Below are positions 8,991 through 18,492 of a DNA stretch of 64,000 nucleotides, piece by piece. Each line of letters opens with the position of its first letter. Positions within the stretch are counted from its first letter, which is position 1. Below the pieces are notes generated by a model. The model saw only the letters and a program-made list of their open reading frames with translations, was not told the origin of the DNA and made no database searches. Position numbers and translations under genes: made by a program. The DNA lies in contig JAZDJU010000040.1 of assembly GCA_043803685.1 (NCBI GenBank), forward strand, positions 23,997 through 87,996, written 5' to 3'. The stretch is from Candidatus Omnitrophota bacterium. Lineage in GTDB: Bacteria; Omnitrophota; Omnitrophia; Omnitrophales; Aquincolibacteriaceae.

Positions 8991-11900
8991 ATGACCCAAC
9001 ACCACTCGGATATCATCAGCGGTATTGTCAGCTATTTCGCGCGTTCCAAGATCACACCGCTGATCATTCTCACTTCCTTTCTGATCGGGATCTTCGCGGT
9101 CGTGAACCTCCCGCGCGAGGAAGAGCCGCAGATCTCGGTGCCGATGTTCGATGTGTTCGTGTCCTATCCCGGCGCGAATTCCGAAGAGGTGGAACAGCGC
9201 ATTGTGAACCTCGGGGAGCGGAAATTCTGGGAGATCCCGGGCGTCGAATACGTTTACACCACCGCCGAGCCGGAAGGCGCGCTTTTCATCATTCGTTTCA
9301 AGGTCGGCGAAAACGTCGAAAAGAGCCTGATCAAACTTTATACCAAGGTCTATTCCAACCTCGATTTCCTGCCGCGGGGCGGGACGCAGCCTCTGATCAA
9401 GGTCCGGTCCATTGATGATGTGCCGATCATGACGCTCACGTTCCACAGCGAGAAACAGGAACCCGTGGAGCTTCGCAAGACCGTGGCGAACCTCCAGAGG
9501 ATCATCAACGCCATTCCGGACGTTTCCGAAACGCATATTACCGGAGGACGCAAGCGCCAGTTCCAGGTTTTTTTTGACGAAGAGAAATTGAAGGCGCGGC
9601 TCATGAACCCGCTTGAGATCGGTCAGCTCATTCGCGCGGCGAACGTCAAACAAAGCGCCGGGCATCTTGAAGGGGTGTCCGTGCTCACGCAGGTCGAGGC
9701 GGATTCCTTTTTCCGCACGAAGACCGATCTTGAGAACCTCGTGGTCGGCGCGAGCGGAGGCGGCACCGTGATGCTCAAGGACGTGGCGCAAGTCGTGGAC
9801 GGCCCCGACGAGGAAGAGCGTTCGGCGCACATCCTTTTTGGACCCGCGGAAAAGGGTGCGAAGCCGGGCATTTTTGAGGCCGTGACGCTCGCCATTTCCA
9901 AACGCAAGGGCGCGAACGCGGCGCATCTCTCAGAGGTGATCCTCCACACGCTGAAGAAACTTCCTGAGGCGGTCTTTCCGAAGGATGTTGAAATGACCGT
10001 GACGCGCGATTACGGGGAAACGGCCAAGGAAAAATCCGACGAGCTTTTATTCCATATGGCGATCGCGGTGTTCGGTGTAAGCCTTTTGATCGCGTGGTCG
10101 CTGGGCCGCCGCGAGGCCGGGGTGGTGGCGATCGCGATCCCGATGACCCTGGCGCTCACGCTCGCGACGTTCTATTTCCTCGGATTTACGCTGAACCGCA
10201 TCACACTTTTCGCGCTTATCTTTTCGATCGGGATCCTGGTCGATGACCCGATCGTGGATGTGGAAAATATCGTGCGGCATCTTCGAATGCCTTCTAATAA
10301 AGGAAAGAACCTTCTCGACGTGACGATCGATGCCGTGAACGAAGTCCGGAGCCCGCTCATCCTTGCGACACTTACTGTGATCGCGGCGATCCTTCCCATG
10401 GCGTTCGTGAGCGGTCTTATGGGCCCTTACATGCGGCCTATTCCGATCGGCGCGAGCGCGGCGATGGTGTTCTCCATGTTCGTGGCGTTCGTGGCCACGC
10501 CGTGGGCCGCGTATCAGATCCTGGGACGGGCGTTCACTCAGGGGAAACTCAAGGCGCACGAGGAGGGTGAGAAGGAAGACTTTCTGACTCGCCTTTACCG
10601 TTCTTATATGAATCCGTTGATCCACAATCCCAAAGTGCGCCGGATATTCCTTTGGGCGCTGGGAGGGATGTTGATCGCCGCGGTGATGCTCGTGCCGCTC
10701 AAACTTGTGCGTATGAAGATGCTGCCATTCGACAACAAGAACGAGTTCCAGGTCGTGCTCAACATGCCGGAAGGGACGCCGGAACCGAAGACGCATCAGG
10801 TGATCGAAGAGGTCGCGAAATATCTGGCGACGGTGCCGGAAGTGAAGGACATCGAGATGTATGTCGGGACCGCGGCGCCTTATAACTTCAATGGGCTCGT
10901 GAGGCATTATTTCCTGCGCTCCAAACCCTACCAGGCGGACCTTCAGGTGAACCTCGCGGCCAAGCACGACCGCAAGCGGCAGAGCCATGATATCGCGAAG
11001 GCCGTGCGGCCGAAGGTCCATGAGATCGTGAAAAAATACGGCGGACATGTCCAGGTCGCGGAAGTTCCGCCCGGGCCGCCCGTCCTTTCAACGCTCGTGC
11101 TGGAAGTCTACGGGCCAACTCTTGAAGGGCAGAACGAGCTTGCGGCAAGTATCGAAAAACTTCTTTCCGATGCGGGAGACGTGACGGATATCGATACCTA
11201 TGTGCAGGCAAAAGAAAAGCTCGCGCGATTCCGCGTAAATACGCAGAAGGCGTCGCTCAATGGTATTCCGGTCACGCAGATCGCGGGGGCGATTACGACC
11301 GCGATCGGAGGCCAGACCGTTGACCTCGCGCATTTGCCTGAGGAATACGAGCCGGTCGAGATCCTCCTGCGCCTGCCGGAGGCCAAGCGCAAGACGCTCG
11401 ACGCGGTGCTCAACACGACGCTTCTGTCGCGCTTCGGCAGTCCCATTCCCATCCGGGATCTCGTGGACGTTGAAGATGCTACGAAGGACCGTGCGATCTA
11501 TCATAAGAATCTCATGCGCGTCTCTTACGTGATCGCGGACGTCGCGGGAAAATTCGAAAGTCCGGCCTACGCGATCCTGAAACTCAAGGATTCAGTGGCC
11601 CAGTTGCCCTTGCCTCCGGGCGCGGGGGGGCAGAAAAAGCTCGAGCAGATCTTCACGGGACAGCCGGCCTCGACCGATCAGTGGACGCTCAAGTGGGACG
11701 GGGAGTGGCAGATCACCTATGAAGTGTTCCGCGACCTCGGGATCGCGTTCGCGTTTGTGATGATCCTCATTTATGTGCTCGTGGTCGGCTGGTTCCAGTC
11801 GTTCAAGACGCCGTGGATCATCATGCTTCCCATTCCGCTCACGCTGATCGGCATTCTGCCCGCGCACTGGCTCGGCGGCGTGTTCTTCACCGCGACCTCG

Positions 11901-12221
11901 ATGATAGGCATGATCGCGGGCGCGGGGATCGTGGTGCGTAATTCCATCATCCTTGTGGATTTTATCGAGCTCCGGCGCTCGGAAGGCATGCCGCTCGAGG
12001 AAGCGGTGATCGATGCCGGCGTGAAACGGTTCAGGCCCATGCTTCTTACCGCCGCTGCCGTGGTGGTCGGGGCTTCCGTGATCCTCTTTGATCCGATCTT
12101 TCAGGGACTCGCCGTGGCATTGATGGCAGGAGAGATCGCCTCCACCATTCTTTCTCGCACCGCCGTGCCGGTTTTTTATTACATGATGGCTAGAAAGAAC
12201 CCGGGGAACGTGGAACGCTAA
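8991..12221 (+). CDS. RND efflux transporter permease (AcrB/CusA superfamily)
   Basis: LPREEEPQI, GILVDDPIVDVENI, GIVVRNSIILVDF, RFRPMLLT; ~1076 aa. Confidence 0.92.
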   Translation: MTQHHSDIISGIVSYFARSKITPLIILTSFLIGIFAVVNLPREEEPQISVPMFDVFVSYPGANSEEVEQRIVNLGERKFWEIPGVEYVYTTAEPEGALFIIRFKVGENVEKSLIKLYTKVYSNLDFLPRGGTQPLIKVRSIDDVPIMTLTFHSEKQEPVELRKTVANLQRIINAIPDVSETHITGGRKRQFQVFFDEEKLKARLMNPLEIGQLIRAANVKQSAGHLEGVSVLTQVEADSFFRTKTDLENLVVGASGGGTVMLKDVAQVVDGPDEEERSAHILFGPAEKGAKPGIFEAVTLAISKRKGANAAHLSEVILHTLKKLPEAVFPKDVEMTVTRDYGETAKEKSDELLFHMAIAVFGVSLLIAWSLGRREAGVVAIAIPMTLALTLATFYFLGFTLNRITLFALIFSIGILVDDPIVDVENIVRHLRMPSNKGKNLLDVTIDAVNEVRSPLILATLTVIAAILPMAFVSGLMGPYMRPIPIGASAAMVFSMFVAFVATPWAAYQILGRAFTQGKLKAHEEGEKEDFLTRLYRSYMNPLIHNPKVRRIFLWALGGMLIAAVMLVPLKLVRMKMLPFDNKNEFQVVLNMPEGTPEPKTHQVIEEVAKYLATVPEVKDIEMYVGTAAPYNFNGLVRHYFLRSKPYQADLQVNLAAKHDRKRQSHDIAKAVRPKVHEIVKKYGGHVQVAEVPPGPPVLSTLVLEVYGPTLEGQNELAASIEKLLSDAGDVTDIDTYVQAKEKLARFRVNTQKASLNGIPVTQIAGAITTAIGGQTVDLAHLPEEYEPVEILLRLPEAKRKTLDAVLNTTLLSRFGSPIPIRDLVDVEDATKDRAIYHKNLMRVSYVIADVAGKFESPAYAILKLKDSVAQLPLPPGAGGQKKLEQIFTGQPASTDQWTLKWDGEWQITYEVFRDLGIAFAFVMILIYVLVVGWFQSFKTPWIIMLPIPLTLIGILPAHWLGGVFFTATSMIGMIAGAGIVVRNSIILVDFIELRRSEGMPLEEAVIDAGVKRFRPMLLTAAAVVVGASVILFDPIFQGLAVALMAGEIASTILSRTAVPVFYYMMARKNPGNVER

Positions 12222-12266
12222 GCGGGGAACGAAAAAGTATTTACATTCCCCGTTCCCCGAAATCTC
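12201..12266. repeat. 7-nt-periodic inverted-repeat element overlapping RND stop codon
   Basis: CGGGGAA CGTGGAA CGCTAAG CGGGGAA ... TTCCCCG TTCCCCG. Confidence 0.6.
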
Positions 12267-12280
12267 AATGGAGATTTCAC

Positions 12281-12481
12281 ATGACCATGGAAAAATACAT
12301 TCGTATCATCGCGGGAACTTTTATTCTCGTGAGCGTCGCGCTGGCGGTGTGGGTGAATCCCTGGTGGCTTCTCTGGACCGCGTTTGTCGGTGTGAATCTC
12401 ATCCAGTCCGCCTTTACCGGCTGGTGTCCTGCCGAGAAGCTCTTGAAGAAGCTCGGCGTCAAATCTAGCTGCTGCTCCTAG
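12281..12481 (+). CDS. DUF2892 (YgaP-like) membrane protein
   Basis: MEKYIRIIAG..FVGVNLIQSAFTGWCP. Confidence 0.85.
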   Translation: MTMEKYIRIIAGTFILVSVALAVWVNPWWLLWTAFVGVNLIQSAFTGWCPAEKLLKKLGVKSSCCS

Positions 12482-12483
12482 CG

Positions 12484-12523
12484 CCCTTCCAAGACCCGGC
12501 TCTAGAACCCGGTCTTGGAAGGG
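12484..12523. terminator. Strong hairpin (terminator or REP-like)
   Basis: CCCTTCCAAGACC...GGTCTTGGAAGGG inverted repeat. Confidence 0.5.
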
Positions 12524-12557
12524 GGATGTCACTGCAGGCGTTTCAAAGGAGGTGGTT

Positions 12558-13211
12558 ATGAGACTTACACGTTTTGTTTGCTCAGTAGCTTTCATCGCTG
12601 TCATGGCGGTCGTGGTCAGTTTTTTTGGCGTTCCCGAGGCACGGGCGGCGACGAGTGCGGAAGGAAAGAAAGAACTTCTCAAGCTTGGGAGCGAGGCCCC
12701 CGATTTCGCGCTTCCCGATGTGGTGACTGGAAAGGTCGTCCGGCGCGACGATCTCAAGGACTCGAAAGCGCTCCTCGTCGTCATTTTGTGCCGGCACTGT
12801 CCCTACGTGAAGCATATTCGCCAGGACCTTTCGAAACTGGGAAAGGATTATGAGGGCCAAGGGCTCGCGATTGTGGGAATCAGCGCGAATGATCCTGCCG
12901 CTTATCCGGAGGACGGTCCGGAAAGTCTCAAGGAGATGGCCGTCAGCGAGGGTTTTACGTTCCCGGTCCTCTTCGACGGACCTCAGGAGGTGGCGAAGGC
13001 TTACACCGCGGTTGCGACTCCGGATTTCCTTCTTTTTGATAAAGATCGCAAGCTGGTGTACCGGGGCCAGTACGACGACGCACGTCCGGGAAACGCGTCC
13101 CCGGTGACGGGCAAGGATCTCCGTGCCGCCGTGGATGCGGTGCTTGCGGGAAACCCCGTGCCTACGGACCAGAAACACGCGGTCGGTTGTTCGATCAAAT
13201 GGAAGAAATAA
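12558..13211 (+). CDS. Exported thioredoxin/AhpC-TSA family protein
   Basis: CRHCPYV motif, YRGQYDDARP, GCSIKWK; GGAGG RBS. Confidence 0.85.
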   Translation: MRLTRFVCSVAFIAVMAVVVSFFGVPEARAATSAEGKKELLKLGSEAPDFALPDVVTGKVVRRDDLKDSKALLVVILCRHCPYVKHIRQDLSKLGKDYEGQGLAIVGISANDPAAYPEDGPESLKEMAVSEGFTFPVLFDGPQEVAKAYTAVATPDFLLFDKDRKLVYRGQYDDARPGNASPVTGKDLRAAVDAVLAGNPVPTDQKHAVGCSIKWKK

Positions 13212-13235
13212 GAACGTTCTTCTGAAGGGACGGTC

Positions 13236-14093
13236 ATGATCCTCGCAAAGCTCGGACTGGAGCACCAATCCCTTCTCCAGAACCGTCTGAAAAGCACCGG
13301 CTCCTCTCTTTCCGAATTCAGTTTCGCGAACCTTTATCTTTTCCGCGAAACCCACGACTACCATGTGCTCACGGCTCCGGAAGGGATCTTCGTCCGCGGT
13401 AAGGCCTACGACGGCGGCCGTTTTCTGATGCCGGCTGAAAAGATCGAAACCGAACGGGCGGACGTCCTGCTCGGGCTTTTAAAGGATGGGGAATATCTTT
13501 TCCCGGTTCCTGAAGAATGGCTCCCGGCTTTCGACGGGAAAAAAGTTTCTTTCGAGGCTTCGGAAGACGATTCGGATTATGTTTATACGGTCGAGAAGCT
13601 TTCGGCCTACCGGGGACCGGAACTCCACGGTCAGAAGAATCTTTTGAACCAGTTCCTTGCGCGGTACACGCCCGAAGCCCGGCCCCTGACCCAAGACCGC
13701 ATGGACGACGCGCGGACGGTCCTTGATGCCTGGCAGGAGGATGTGGGCGAGGAAAAGTCCTCGACGGATTTTTTCCCGTGCCGTGAGGCTTTCGAGCGTT
13801 ACGACGAACTCATTCTTTGTGGCGGGATCTATTATGTCGAAGGGGAACCGGCAGGGTTCGTGATCGGCGAGGAGATTCGCCCCGACATGTTCGCCCTTCA
13901 TTTCGCGAAAGGCCGGCGCAAGTTCAAAGGGCTCTACCAGTATATGTACAACCACTTCGCGAAGCTCTTGCCGAAGCAGTACGCCTTTCTCAATTTCGAG
14001 CAGGACCTCGGGAAACTGGCGCTCCGCATTGCGAAATCCTCTTACCACCCCGACAAGGTCCTCAAAAAATTCCGCGTCCGTCCCGTTCTTTAG
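13236..14093 (+). CDS. DUF2156 / phosphatidylglycerol lysyltransferase-like domain protein
   Basis: SEFSFANLYLF, DYVY, HFAKG, NFEQDLG..LRIAKSSYHP. Confidence 0.75.
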   Translation: MILAKLGLEHQSLLQNRLKSTGSSLSEFSFANLYLFRETHDYHVLTAPEGIFVRGKAYDGGRFLMPAEKIETERADVLLGLLKDGEYLFPVPEEWLPAFDGKKVSFEASEDDSDYVYTVEKLSAYRGPELHGQKNLLNQFLARYTPEARPLTQDRMDDARTVLDAWQEDVGEEKSSTDFFPCREAFERYDELILCGGIYYVEGEPAGFVIGEEIRPDMFALHFAKGRRKFKGLYQYMYNHFAKLLPKQYAFLNFEQDLGKLALRIAKSSYHPDKVLKKFRVRPVL

Positions 14094-14112
14094 CGGCAGA
14101 GACTGTCTTGGA

Positions 14113-14571
14113 TCAACGGTAGGCGCTGCCGCCGTCGAAGACGATGGTGGTTTTGTTCAGACCCGAGAGGTCCGAATAATCCAAAGTGATCTCTTCTCCC
14201 TTATAGTAACCCTTCCACATGTAATGCTTGGCCCCGGGGCTAACTTCGCTGGGATTCCCGAAATCCCGTAGCAGTCTTTTCCTGATATCGTCACCGACGC
14301 GCGTCGTGTCCCAAGTGACCCGGATCTTGTTGAGTCTCAGGGCGTCGTTGAACATGAATTGCGCGACGCAGGGTTCGCCTCCGAGGAAAACGTCTGCCTC
14401 GATCATTTGCTTCGTCCGTGTAGAACGGATATCCCAGTCTTTCTTTTCCAGTTTTTCGAGGACGCTTGCCTTGCTGTCGCCCCAGTTATAGCCCTCCAGA
14501 CGAAAGGCCAGGGCGGACGGAGCTCCGAGGATGGCGGTCAGTAATACAGTCAGCAAGATCTTCTTAAGCAT
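14113..14571 (-). CDS. Hypothetical exported protein
   Basis: MLKKILLTVLLTAILGAPSALA signal peptide; GGAGG RBS. Confidence 0.65.
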   Translation of the reverse strand: MLKKILLTVLLTAILGAPSALAFRLEGYNWGDSKASVLEKLEKKDWDIRSTRTKQMIEADVFLGGEPCVAQFMFNDALRLNKIRVTWDTTRVGDDIRKRLLRDFGNPSEVSPGAKHYMWKGYYKGEEITLDYSDLSGLNKTTIVFDGGSAYR

Positions 14572-14737
14572 GGATAACCTCCTTGGAGTCCAATGTTCGA
14601 TATATGCATCGCCCTTTCGGAGTATAAATTGACAGCTGTTTTCACGAAAGTTCTCGGGAACGGCGGGACTCCTTATTTGACACGCTCCACCCATTCGGGC
14701 AGAATGTGACCGCTTTTAACCCGTTAGTAGAGGACTT

Positions 14738-14973
14738 GCCCCGTTAGAGATTGACGGGGGATATTTAAAGAATGGGTTTGCAGCAGGATGTGAAAATTTT
14801 TTTGATGGAATTTCTGACATAGACGGAAACGCTCTGGGCGTTTCCTATCTCTAAAAAGGGGTTCACCCCGTTAGAGATTCATTTATGGCTAGGGCGAAAT
14901 ATTTTAAAAGAGTTCCAGTCTAAACATGAAATACGGAAGAATTCAGAGCGTTTCCTATCTCTAACGGGGTGAA
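14738..14973. mobile_element. Two tandem MITE-like units with CCCCGTTAGAGAT terminal inverted repeats
   Basis: Perfect 17-bp TIR TTCACCCCGTTAGAGAT (14862) / ATCTCTAACGGGGTGAA (14957); upstream degenerate unit 14738-14862; both end GCGTTTCCTATCTCTAA. Confidence 0.7.
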
Positions 14974-14974
14974 T

Positions 14975-15256
14975 ATGGAATTCAATATTGAACGGGTCGC
15001 GGAACTCGCGCGGCTCAATCTGAAACCCGAAGAAAAGCAGAAGCTCGCCAAAGACCTTGGCGCCATTCTGACCTATGTTCAGAAGCTGGACGCCCTGGAC
15101 ACGAAAAATGTCGAGCCCACGAGCCACGTCCTTAATATGGAGAACGTGTTCCGCGCTGACGAGGTGAAACCCTCGGACGCCGCGACGAAGGCTCTGGAGC
15201 ACGCTCCGGAGACGGAAGGCCCTTTCTTTAAAGTTCCAAAAATTGTGAACAGATAA
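14975..15256 (+). CDS. gatC: Asp/Glu-tRNA amidotransferase subunit C
   Basis: VAELARL, VEPTSHV, NVFRADE, FFKVPKIV. Confidence 0.93.
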   Translation: MEFNIERVAELARLNLKPEEKQKLAKDLGAILTYVQKLDALDTKNVEPTSHVLNMENVFRADEVKPSDAATKALEHAPETEGPFFKVPKIVNR

Positions 15257-15283
15257 GCGTTAAGTGATAAGCGTTAGGCTAAA

Positions 15284-16714
15284 ATGAATACACCCCTGCA
15301 CCAACTGACAGTAAAAGAAGCGATTGAGTTCTGCCAAAAAGGCGGGGCCCGGGATCTCCTGCACGCCTTGACCGAACGGTCTCAAAAACTAAATCCCCGG
15401 GTAAATGCTTTTTTGCGGATGGGTGCCTCTGACAGCAACTTGCCGCTTTCTGCTGAACGCTTACCGCTCTCCGGCGTTCCCATCTCTATTAAAGACAACA
15501 TCTGTATCGACGGCGCGGAGGTGACTTGTGCTTCAAAGATCCTTGAAAAACACGTGCCGCCTTACGACGCGACCGTGATCACAAAACTTAAAAATGCCGG
15601 CGCAACACTTTTCGGCCAGTGCAACATGGACGAGTTCGCGTTCGGTTCCTCCTGCGAAACCTCGGCGTTCGGCCCGTGCCGGAACCCGTGGGACCTCGAG
15701 CGTGTACCGGGCGGTTCAAGCGGCGGCTCCGCGGCCTCGGTCGCGGCGGACATGACGGTTGCGGCGCTCGGCTCCGACACCGGAGGCTCCATTCGTCAGC
15801 CCGCGGCTCTTTGCGGCATTGTCGGCGTGAAACCCACGTACGGGCGCGTGTCACGTTATGGACTCATTGCCTTCGGTTCAAGCTTTGACCAGATCGGTCC
15901 TCTTACGAAGACCGTGGAGGACTCGGCTATTTTGTTGAATGTCCTGTGCGGCCACGACCCGAAGGACTCGACCTCGTCACCGGTGAAAGTTCCGGATTTT
16001 ACGCAGGCGCTCACGCGCGACGTGAAGGGCCTGAGGATCGGCTTGCCGAAAGAGTATTTCATTGAAGGGATCGATCCTGAGATCGAGAAAAGCGTGCTCC
16101 AGGCCGCGGAAACTTATAAGAAGCTCGGCGCCGAGATCAAAACCATCAGTCTGCCGCACACGGAGCACTCAGTCGCGGTCTACTATATTGTGGCCGTCGC
16201 GGAGGCGAGCTCGAACCTCGGCCGCTTTGACGGCGTGGAGTACGGCCTTCGCGTGCCGTCGAAGGACCTGCGCGAAATGTATTTCGAGACCCGCGACCGG
16301 GGATTCGGTCACGAAGCGAAGCGTCGCATTCTGCTCGGAACCTTTGTTCTCTCGGCGGGTTATTACGAGGCGTATTACCTGAAAGGGCAGAAGGTCCGCA
16401 CGCTCATTCGCCAGGATTTCGAACAGGCGTTCAAAGAAGTGGACGTCATCCTTTCGCCGACGTCGCCCACCGCGGCGTTCAAGATCGGCGAAAAGGTCTC
16501 GGATCCTATTGCCATGTACCTCTCGGATATTTTTACGATTCCCGCGAACCTGGCCGGGATTCCCGCGATGTCGGTGCCGTGCGGTTTCACCTCGGGCGGA
16601 CTTCCCATCGGCATGCAGCTCATGGCTCGTCCGTTCGACGAGTCCACCATGCTCCGCGCCGCCCACGCCTTCGAGCAGGAAGCCGGAATCTATAAGCTCA
16701 AACCCAAATTGTAG
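15284..16714 (+). CDS. gatA: Asp/Glu-tRNA amidotransferase subunit A
   Basis: IKDN, PGGSSGGSAA, GSDTGGSIRQPA amidase signature; EAKRRILLGT. Confidence 0.96.
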   Translation: MNTPLHQLTVKEAIEFCQKGGARDLLHALTERSQKLNPRVNAFLRMGASDSNLPLSAERLPLSGVPISIKDNICIDGAEVTCASKILEKHVPPYDATVITKLKNAGATLFGQCNMDEFAFGSSCETSAFGPCRNPWDLERVPGGSSGGSAASVAADMTVAALGSDTGGSIRQPAALCGIVGVKPTYGRVSRYGLIAFGSSFDQIGPLTKTVEDSAILLNVLCGHDPKDSTSSPVKVPDFTQALTRDVKGLRIGLPKEYFIEGIDPEIEKSVLQAAETYKKLGAEIKTISLPHTEHSVAVYYIVAVAEASSNLGRFDGVEYGLRVPSKDLREMYFETRDRGFGHEAKRRILLGTFVLSAGYYEAYYLKGQKVRTLIRQDFEQAFKEVDVILSPTSPTAAFKIGEKVSDPIAMYLSDIFTIPANLAGIPAMSVPCGFTSGGLPIGMQLMARPFDESTMLRAAHAFEQEAGIYKLKPKL

Positions 16715-16718
16715 GCGT

Positions 16719-16759
16719 TTGACAGGGTGGTTACTTGGTGCTACAATGTAGCTACATTG
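16719..16759 (+). promoter_or_regulatory. Sigma70 promoter and operator of TA pair
   Basis: TTGACA(16719)-N17-TACAAT(16742); perfect palindrome CAATGTAGCTACATTG 16744-16759. Confidence 0.8.
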
Positions 16760-16777
16760 GGTTAACCGGAGGAACTT

Positions 16778-17005
16778 ATGATAAAGCACCTAACGAGCCA
16801 CGGAAACAGTCTCGCCTTGATTATCGAAAAACCGGTGTTGCAGCTTTTGCGCATTACTGCCAAGACTCCGCTGGAGGTCAACACCGACGGTCGTAGTCTC
16901 ATTATTTCGCCTGTGAATGACGATGCCAGGGAAAAGAAATTTAATGCCGTCATGGAAAAGATCCACAAGCAGTACGCGACCACTTTCAAGGCGCTTGCGG
17001 ATTAA
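16778..17005 (+). CDS. AbrB/MazE-family antitoxin
   Basis: MIKHLTSHGNSLALIIEKP...FKALAD. Confidence 0.85.
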   Translation: MIKHLTSHGNSLALIIEKPVLQLLRITAKTPLEVNTDGRSLIISPVNDDAREKKFNAVMEKIHKQYATTFKALAD

Positions 17006-17010
17006 TAGCT

Positions 17011-17460
17011 GTGAAGCGCAAAACTAAAAAAACAAAATTCTCCGTTCGCGAAGAGGGCGCTGTTTATAGGCCTTCTGCCCCTGTTTTTTTGACGCACGAC
17101 GAGGTGTTGAAGCTACATGTCCGGCAAATTGAGCTTTTTGGCGGCACCGACGGCATTCGAGATATGGCGTTATTGCATTCGGCATTGGCTCAGCCAGAGG
17201 CGAGTTTTGGAGGACATTGGCTTCACAATGACATTTTTGAAATGGCCGCCGCTTATGCTTATCATATTTGCCAGAACCACCCGTTTTTTGATGGCAATAA
17301 GCGCACAGCCCTTGACGCGGCCCTGATGTTCCTAGGCACGAACGGAATCTTGTTCAAAGATCCTAAAGAGATCTTTATTGGCGTGATGCTTTCGGTCGCG
17401 AGAGGGAAGATGGGTAAAAAAGAGCTGGCGCAGATTTTTCGCGATCTGCCCCGGGAATAG
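17011..17460 (+). CDS. doc: Doc/Fic-family toxin (death-on-curing)
   Basis: FGGTDGIRD..LLHSALAQP; HPFFDGNKRTA motif. Confidence 0.88.
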   Translation: MKRKTKKTKFSVREEGAVYRPSAPVFLTHDEVLKLHVRQIELFGGTDGIRDMALLHSALAQPEASFGGHWLHNDIFEMAAAYAYHICQNHPFFDGNKRTALDAALMFLGTNGILFKDPKEIFIGVMLSVARGKMGKKELAQIFRDLPRE

Positions 17461-17484
17461 ACATTCGGGCGTGCGTCAGCAGCT

Positions 17485-17914
17485 GATTTTCCAGCGGGCT
17501 GGGAAATTGGGCAAGGGGGCGTAGATTTTTCCGGCGCCGGAAAAATTAGCAGCCAATTCATCGGCGGGCCGATGAATTGAGGCGAACAGAAGATTTATCG
17601 GACGTCCGACGAATTGAGGGGGCAAGGCCTCCCGGGTAGCTCGAGGCTTTATAGCTTAAAGGATATACAGCAAAACAGCCGCCAGCGGCTGAATTGACCA
17701 ACCGTGCGGCGAAGTTGTTAAGCAGAATGTACGTAAAACAAATGGGGAGCTAACCCCTCCCCACCGGACGCCGTCCGGTTTTCTCGCATGCGGGAAAATT
17801 GGAGCACTGAATTCATCGGCGGGCCGATGAATTGAGGGGGCAAGGCTTCCCGGGTAGTTCGAGGCCTCATATCATATATGATATGAGGCAAAAACGGGCG
17901 CGGGCGACTGAATT
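17485..17914. repeat. Array of eight 24-nt palindromes with two copies of a constant 32-nt linker
   Basis: 24-mers ending AATT at 17485, 17524, 17555, 17592, 17672, 17777, 17810, 17891; GAGGGGGCAAGGCYTCCCGGGTAGYTCGAGGC at 17616 and 17834. Confidence 0.85.
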
Positions 17915-17964
17915 GGCTGGTGAGATAATTCAAAATAATGAGAGAACCAAGGCGAGGTGGCGAT

Positions 17965-18456
17965 ATGCGTAGAATGACAGCGGGTCTGATCGCTTTTATG
18001 TTTCCGCTCATGTTGGGGACCACCTACATTGTCAGAGAGAATGGCAAAGAGGTAGGGACTTGGGTGGAGAAGGATGGAAGTGATGTTACTCGATATATCG
18101 ACAATACAGTGACCAAGACAGGATCGCAAGCTATCGCAGAGCAGCAGATTGTTACCTCCGGACGAGCTAAGGTCAGCGACGAGCAAGAGAGAATAGAAGG
18201 TGAAAAATACATGGAAAGGGAAGAGACCTTTGGTATTCGTGAGGGATTGACGCGAGCGCAACTTGAAAATATTTCCATGGAAAAAGGCCTGCTCCGAAAA
18301 ACAAAATATTCAGATAATGATACTTCCACAGGGGAAGGATTTTGGATCTTTGAGTATGTGACAGAAACAAAACATTACAAGCACCTTTTTAAGGTCTATC
18401 TAGAATCAAACTATTGGACGGTAAAGAAAGTTTTTCATAGCGTTGAAGAGCGGTGA
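17965..18456 (+). CDS. Hypothetical exported/membrane-anchored protein (ORFan-like)
   Basis: GAGGTGG RBS; hydrophobic N-terminus; AT-richer than flanks; bounded by repeat modules. Confidence 0.6.
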   Translation: MRRMTAGLIAFMFPLMLGTTYIVRENGKEVGTWVEKDGSDVTRYIDNTVTKTGSQAIAEQQIVTSGRAKVSDEQERIEGEKYMEREETFGIREGLTRAQLENISMEKGLLRKTKYSDNDTSTGEGFWIFEYVTETKHYKHLFKVYLESNYWTVKKVFHSVEER

Positions 18457-18492
18457 CAAATCCTGGCAGTGATTTAACCGGACGTGATTTTC

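Noticed and set aside
17718..18023. 101-aa minus-strand ORF over the palindrome array as a real gene
   Set aside because: It overlaps the plus-strand ORFan start, has no clear RBS, and is likely open because of the repeat structure; kept only as a speculative clue.
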